Assembly (NCBI GenBank): GCA_013265495.1
Contig: MU058714.1
Span: 186,001 to 250,000, forward strand
Direction of reading: 5' to 3'
Source: Vicugna vicugna
Taxonomy: Eukaryota
Length of the DNA stretch: 64,000 nt
Shown: in pieces, positions 58,219-64,000 of the stretch
How the letters are laid out: each line of letters begins with the position of its first letter
Numbering within the stretch: position 1 is the stretch's first letter
Program-made: the position numbers and the translations under genes
Notes under the pieces: generated by a model
The model's input: only the letters and a program-made list of their open reading frames with translations
Told to the model about the DNA's origin: nothing
Database searches by the model: none

Positions 58219-58531
58219 CAAAACAGAAACAGGCTCACAGACATAGTAAACAATCTTATGGTTACCGGGGAGAGGGGGTGGGAAGGGATGAATTTGGGAG
58301 TTTGAAATTTGCAAATGTTAGCCACTATATATAAAAACAGATTTAAAAAAACAGTTTCTTCTGTATAGCACAGGGAACTCTATTCAATATCTTGTAATAA
58401 CCTTTAATGAAAAAGAACATGAAAACAAATATATGTATGTATATGCATGACTGGGGCACTGTGCTGTGCACCAGAACTTGACACATTGTTAACTGACTGT
58501 ACTTCTATAAAAAATAAATTAAAAAAAGAAA
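58219..58531 (+). mobile_element. 5'-truncated young L1 3' end with A-rich tail and target-site duplication
   Basis: CTTATGGTTACC...CTGTATAGCACAGGGAACT...GCATGACTGGGGCACTGTGCTGTGCACCAGAA. TSD GAAAGCACCATTGAA (58204-58218) / GAAAGAACGATTGAA (58532-58546), 13/15 identical. Confidence 0.9.
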
Positions 58532-58774
58532 GAAAGAACGATTGAAGAGCTTGGCCCAAGCCAGCGAGAAACTGAGTACTGAGCCCTCCTGAGGGCCACT
58601 GAGGGGGTGGGAATGCACACTGCAAGGGCACAGCCATTAAATAATCACCGTGACTAACGGAGTCCGAAAGAACACTTTACGGAGTCCTTCTGGATGGCTT
58701 TTGTCACTACAGATTGGAATACACTGAGAGCCTTCATGGAAAGCTCAGACCTTCATTGTTTCCATAAACCTCTT

Positions 58775-58925
58775 TTCCTTCCAGTTCTACTGAGATATAA
58801 TTGCCATGTAACATTGCACTAGTCTGAGGTGTGCAACATAATAATCCCATGCATGTGCACACAGCAAAACAATGACCTCAGTACGTTTGGTTAATGTCCA
58901 TCACCTCACTTAAAATTTTTTACTT
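58775..58925 (-). mobile_element. L1MA-like 3' end fragment
   Basis: CAGTTCTACTGAGATATAATTG...AGGTGTGCAACAT...GTTAATGTCCATCACCTCA. Confidence 0.65.
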
Positions 58926-60597
58926 TCTTGTGATTCTGTGAACTGAGGTGACAGGTGTGGGGTCGCTGAGACAATGTCAATTCCCCTGGGACCTGACCCA
59001 ATGCCCTCTAGGAACCCGGGGCAGCCCTTCTCCCAGTCACGAAAAGCTCACATACGCATGAAGGACTGGCGGACATGTGGCTGTGTGCAATGCAGCCCCC
59101 CGGTGCTTGCTGCTGCCGCGTGACTTCCAGCACCCACACGAGGGTACACACAGCCTGCAGGACAGGGTAAGTGTTAATGGCGTGGCTTTACAGGACCCAG
59201 ACGCTGGGGCCTCAGGTCTTCCCGCCCTGCCCGGCAGACCCAAACCCCAGGTCTCCAGGGAGCACCCCCTCTGCCAGGCCAGGTTTCTTGTTTTGTCCCC
59301 AGCAGTGGCAATAAATGACCCTGATCCCCCAGGTTCCTTGGACCAGGGCCCCCACCCACTGCCCCCATGTGCATCTTCAAGACAGCTGCCCTCCTCCCCA
59401 GGGCATCCAGGACAGATTTCCATCTTGATAAAAATGAACACTGAAAATGAGACACTAACTCCCGGGGACTGTTCACTGAACACGGCTGCAGAGCCACTCA
59501 GCCCCTAATCCACTTGGCGGTTCCTGAGAAAACAGGAAGGTGGCCTCTCCTGGTGGGTCCAAAGCCACAGGACAGAGGGCCTGGGTGCCCAGCCCAGCCT
59601 GTCATCGACATGATGGGGACCTGCTGCTGGCATCTTCAGTGCTTGGCTGTCTCCTGTGCTAAGTACAGGCCGGGGATGGACCCCACGACCCTTGGTCCGT
59701 CTCCAGGTGTGGGAGCCTGGCTGCCCCAAACCAGTGGCCAAGCGGTGCCAGCGCCCTCTCCCACGGCTGCGGGAGCCGTGGGGACAGGAGGAGAGGTGAG
59801 CTGCCTGTTGTTCCAGATCTTCCTCCCTGCACCTCCTCCTCGAGGAGGCTCATTCTTTTCCAAAATAGCTCCTCTGCCTCCTTCCCTCCTCTCTCCTCCC
59901 TGCTTCTGGGAGCTCTGTGGCCAAGCCCCACCTGTCACAGGCAGGGGTGTTGAGGGAGGGAGGGAGGGAGGGTGTGGCTCTCTAGCTGCAAAAATTCAAG
60001 GTCAAACAAAGAGCCCTCAGCTCCCAATCTCCCTCCCCTCCCAGTCAGGCTCCACATCCCCCGGCCGTTCTCCCCCAAGACCAATACCAAGAGGCCAGCT
60101 CCCCTGCTCCAGGGCCCTCGCAGAGCCCAGTCCCCAGAGAAAGGGTCACTTGAGCATTTAGAAGCACCTGCAGACCTGCCTCCTCCAGCCCTGCTCCTCT
60201 GGGAGCCAGACTCCAAACAGAGGGAGCTGATCTCTCCTTCGCCAGGCCGAGGCCCTGCCCACCCAGAGGCCTCACCTCTGCCCGCCCCCCCTCCAAGGCC
60301 AGGCCTAGGAATGGTCAACCAACACTGGCCAAGTACTTTGGACCCCACACGGACCCTGACGTGCCCTTTGCTCAGCTTTCTGCAAGCTCACCTCATTCCC
60401 CACCCCACCCCCGCAAACTCCCTTGGACAGTGAGACCCATTCTGACCTGTGACATCAGGGCTAACACAGCAAGCCAGGGGCCGGGTGCACCATGCAACTT
60501 CCACTCCCTCGCAAGTCGGCAGAGATCTTGCAGGTCACGACACATCACATGACTGGACTGGCCAAGAGCAGCGGCCAGCCAGGAGAAGCTTGCGTTT

Positions 60598-60760
60598 TTC
60601 AAAAACTTAAGATGAAATTCTCGTAACATAGAATTAACCATTTTAAAGTGTGCGAGTCAGTGCCATTTAGCACGTTCACAGTATAGTGCGACTGCCACCA
60701 CTGTCTAACGTTTCCATCAAAAGGAGACCCTCTGCCCACCAAGCAGCCTAGCCCCCAACC
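60598..60760 (-). mobile_element. L1MB-like 3' end fragment
   Basis: AGATGAAATTCTCGTAACATAGAATTAACCATTTTAAAGTG...CATTTAGCACGTTCACAGT. Confidence 0.7.
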
Positions 60761-60967
60761 CTGTGGTTTTTGATAGTAAATGAGTAAAATGCACTTTGCT
60801 CCAAAGCACTGGTGCTTTCCTGAACAGGACCGTCACATCGTCCTCATCTCCCTGGCTTGCCCACTTTCTCCTCAACACTCAGGGATGCTCCAAAAGTGTC
60901 CCATGAAGGGGCGAGCAAAGTCTTCCGCTGCCTTTGTGAGCAAGTTTGCCATTTGCCCAAAGAATGT

Positions 60968-61030
60968 ACATTCATTTATCCAACAAACATTCTTTGAGCA
61001 CCTTCTAAGTGCCTGGCTCTAGGTCAGTCA
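60968..61030 (-). mobile_element. L2 3' tail fragment
   Basis: CATTCATTTATCCAACAAACATTCTTTGAGCACCT...GTGCCTGGCTCTAGG. Confidence 0.6.
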
Positions 61031-61309
61031 GTGGCTCACAGGCATGAAGAGGACCCAGTCCTGCCCTCCAGGCACCGGGCACTGAGTTGGGGAAGCAGAT
61101 GGGTAAGCAGCGAAATGACACTGCCACATGGTAAGCGCTTTGAGGAAAACGCGAAAAAATACTCCACCCACAGAGCGGCCCTGCCATCCTCTATCAATAT
61201 TTTTGTCTGCACTCCCACATGTTAGCACGGCCGTCTTCACCTCCGACACTGTCTTCAAACACCAAAGACGGGGACCCATATGCTGGATGAGACCACAACA
61301 GGTGGGGGC

Positions 61310-62040
61310 TTGAAGAGGCAACTCACAAAGAAGACTTAAAAAGAACCCCTAAGTATGGAAGGTGCCTAATCGCACCAGCCACCAAAGCAATGCAAATCCA
61401 ACCAGAAACACACTTCCACGTTTCCACCCGCCGGACTCTGAACCTGCTGATCACATCCCGTGCCTCTGCTGGGAAGGGCCCCTCTCCCCCGCCAGATGGT
61501 GGGGTCTAGGTTGGCCTCATCTTCCTGGAGGGCAGATTGGCACTTGGATCAGAAGCTTCCAAAATGTGTTTAACCTTTAACTCAGCAATTCCACTTGTAG
61601 GAATTTACCCTAAGGAGAAACTCAGGAACAAACACAAAGATTTATCTCTAAAGATTTATGTACTGGAATATTCGCAGCCTTGCTTACGACATCAAAAGGC
61701 TGAAAACAAACTGAATATGCAACTCCTGGGTGCTTGGTAAATAATTTGTGCACTCACTAAAAAATCCTACCATAGAATATTCGATGCCACTGCAACGTGC
61801 TCAAAAGCCATCAAATGGAAAGGCTTACAAAACAGAGCGCACCGTGCAAGGCCACTCACTCTCGGGGCCCCGGGACAGGCTGCAGGGACAGACGCACTGC
61901 CCCAGACAGCGGGGACGCCCCTGTGCAGGTGGGTGACGGGTGACTTTCTACTTTCCCTTTTTGAATTTTACTGTGTGTTCTAAGTTTTCTACATTGGACC
62001 TGAATTGTATTTGTAACCAGGAAAAATATAAGGGGTAAAT
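61310..62040 (+). mobile_element. Ancient L1 (L1ME-like) 3' region
   Basis: CTGGAGGGCAGATTGGCA...ACCTTTAACTCAGCAATTCCACTTGTAGGAATTTACCCTAAGGA. Confidence 0.7.
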
Positions 62041-62669
62041 TTTAAATTCGATTAGAAATGTTACAGAGGCAGTTTATCCAGCTGGCAGCGGGTGGAAGAA
62101 TCAGGGCAGCTCCTGACAAACGTGGAGCTCCTCCTGCAGGGGTGAAAGGTTCCCAGGACTTTGACCAAGAAGCTGAGGGAGCCTGGGAGACCGCGTTTGG
62201 CCAGGAGAGCCACACCTTGACACACCAACTTGGCACAGAGATAATTATGCAAATAAACCACTGGCTCCCAGGGAGACTGGTGGTGGTGGTTTTTATTTTT
62301 TGCTCAGGAGCCAGACTCAGAGCATGTTGCACAAGCTGGTCCAAGAGGCAGTTTTATTCATTCTGGGGAGAAACGTCCAGTCATTTGTCGCACGATCCAA
62401 CCTCCCGGCGTTCTTTTCCGGATTAAGGTTTGAGTTGATTTGCTGGCGTCCTGCTGTCAGGAGCTCCCGGTGTGTCCCCGGGGCTCACCGGCTGTCTCAG
62501 CGACACACACTAACCTCCCCCGGCTCCTCTCACGAGAAGGCCCCTCCCAGGTTTATTATCATGAGCTGAAGTTCTGGAAGTTTCACCGTTACAAAATAAA
62601 TATTTTTCAAGCTCATGATTCATGAGAAAAATGGAAGAAAATAAATGATATCGCATTCCTACTGTGGCG

Positions 62670-62820
62670 AGGCACCCAACATGCATTTTCTCATTTAACC
62701 TTTGAAATAATGCTTTGAGGTCAGAGTTACTGTCCCCAACTTACAGATAAAGAAACTGAATCTCAGAGTTCAAATAATCCAGACGCAGAGCGCTGGCTCA
62801 GGACTCAGCTGCTGGCTTCC
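62670..62820 (-). mobile_element. MIR SINE
   Basis: TCTCATTTAACC...TTACTGTCCCCAACTTACAGATAAAGAAACTGAATCTCAGAG. Confidence 0.7.
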
Positions 62821-64000
62821 CCCGGAGCCCGTGACCTGAGGAAGCCTCGAGATGCGGGCCCCAGTCTTTACAGCCTCCCAGCCCGTGAGGACTAGAGGAA
62901 CCCAAACTTCTCCCAGGCACAGGGGCCCCGCAGCTGACAAACTGGGGTGCCTGCGGCTGAGGGGGCTGTCGGAGGAGACCGTCCAGCCACGCACACTGCA
63001 GGGATCTGAGCCTCCTTCCTCGTGACTGCAACATCTCTGAAACCAGGAGACAACTCTATTGGGAGAACAAGCGCTAATTAAATTTACTGGGATCACTGAA
63101 GAGGAAATTATTTAATATTCTGAACAGATTTAATATTTGAAAGCATGGACGGCCTTGATTCGCCGTGGATGGGTTCTCTGCCATCGGGCTTACATTTGGG
63201 GGATCCATATACAAGCTGGGGGGAGGGGACTGAGGTGGCCGGAGGCTATGCTGTCCCTGGAAGCCAGAGGACAGGGAGAGAAGCTGGGCACGGGCCAGAG
63301 GGCGAGGTCCTGGTAGCAGCCCTCCGCAGGGACCCGGCTGGCACCGCTACAAGGTCTGGAGGTCATAGTCAGGGTCTCTGTGGCCCTGTGCCTGTGGGCC
63401 TGACGTCGACCTGCATTTGCCCCCTGCTCCTGCTGGCCGAGCTGCACACCAGGTGAGAGGGTCCAGAGGCTACGTGTTCCTGGGACCGTGTGATCTAAAC
63501 ACCCCGGTGTCTCAGGGCAGAACTGGGAAGAGAAACAAGCACATTTACCAGGTCCCCAAGACACACAAGTCAGGACTTCTGGGAGCCGCTCAGCCTCGTC
63601 ACCTTAGTGCCACCGGGGGACCACACACAGGTTTCTCTGAGAGCTGCCCCAGGAGGAGCCACACCCCACGTGCTCAGCCAGGTGCCTAAATGTGGCCCCC
63701 AGACCCTGAGCAGTGGCTGAGACCCGGCCCCCGGGGGTGCCTCCCTGGAGGCTGGCTGGTGGGGCCCAGGCTGGGTGTCACTCTCAGTCACGGCCAAGCA
63801 GACAAGCTCGGGGTCACATCACTCTGGGTGTGCCTGTGTCGCTGTGAGGGAGGGCTGGGCCAACCCCAAGGCAAGCCCTGCAGGACCCCTGAACACCGAG
63901 GAGAGAAGGCAGGGGAGGAGGGTGAGCTCAACTCACTTCCCTACGAGAAGAAAATAATTTCCCGATGGGAACTGGCGGGTGGGAAAACTCCAGACGAGAG

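Noticed and set aside
1..64000. CRISPR array, prokaryotic operon or intact retroelement
   Set aside because: No repeat-spacer periodicity, no gene-dense coding organisation, and all LINE/LTR copies are fragments. The sequence is mammalian non-coding DNA.

Overview
Mammalian, GC-rich, essentially non-coding genomic DNA. It is very probably from a camelid, because it carries a tRNA-Ala-derived SINE of the Vic-1 type and two lineage-young L1 3' ends, all with target-site duplications. The dominant feature is a CpG island at about 48.9-50.8 kb containing what looks like the promoter and first exon of a minus-strand gene: a GA-rich leader and a GTGAGT donor after base 50036. Bases 1-50035 are therefore most simply read as one very long first intron, and 50.8-64 kb as upstream flank. 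I find no convincing protein-coding exon. The long six-frame ORFs are products of GC-rich or simple-repeat sequence. The intron holds ancient mammalian repeats (MIR, L2, CR1/L3, L1M, MER3, MER5, MLT1, MLT2), two expanded microsatellites with higher-order structure, and about ten AT-rich, motif-dense islands resembling conserved enhancers. HAL1 and further L1/L2/MLT1/MIR copies lie in the upstream flank. I cannot firmly name the gene; KLHL29 is an unverified guess from architecture only. I see no evidence for a wholly new biological system. The best second-look items are the two overlapping ATG frames at the end of exon 1, a perfect 24-bp palindrome of inverted HOX/CDX-type sites, a hexamer expansion inside an MLT2 LTR, and a candidate internal exon with a perfect Kozak ATG. 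Repeat family names are by-eye recognition and their boundaries are approximate.
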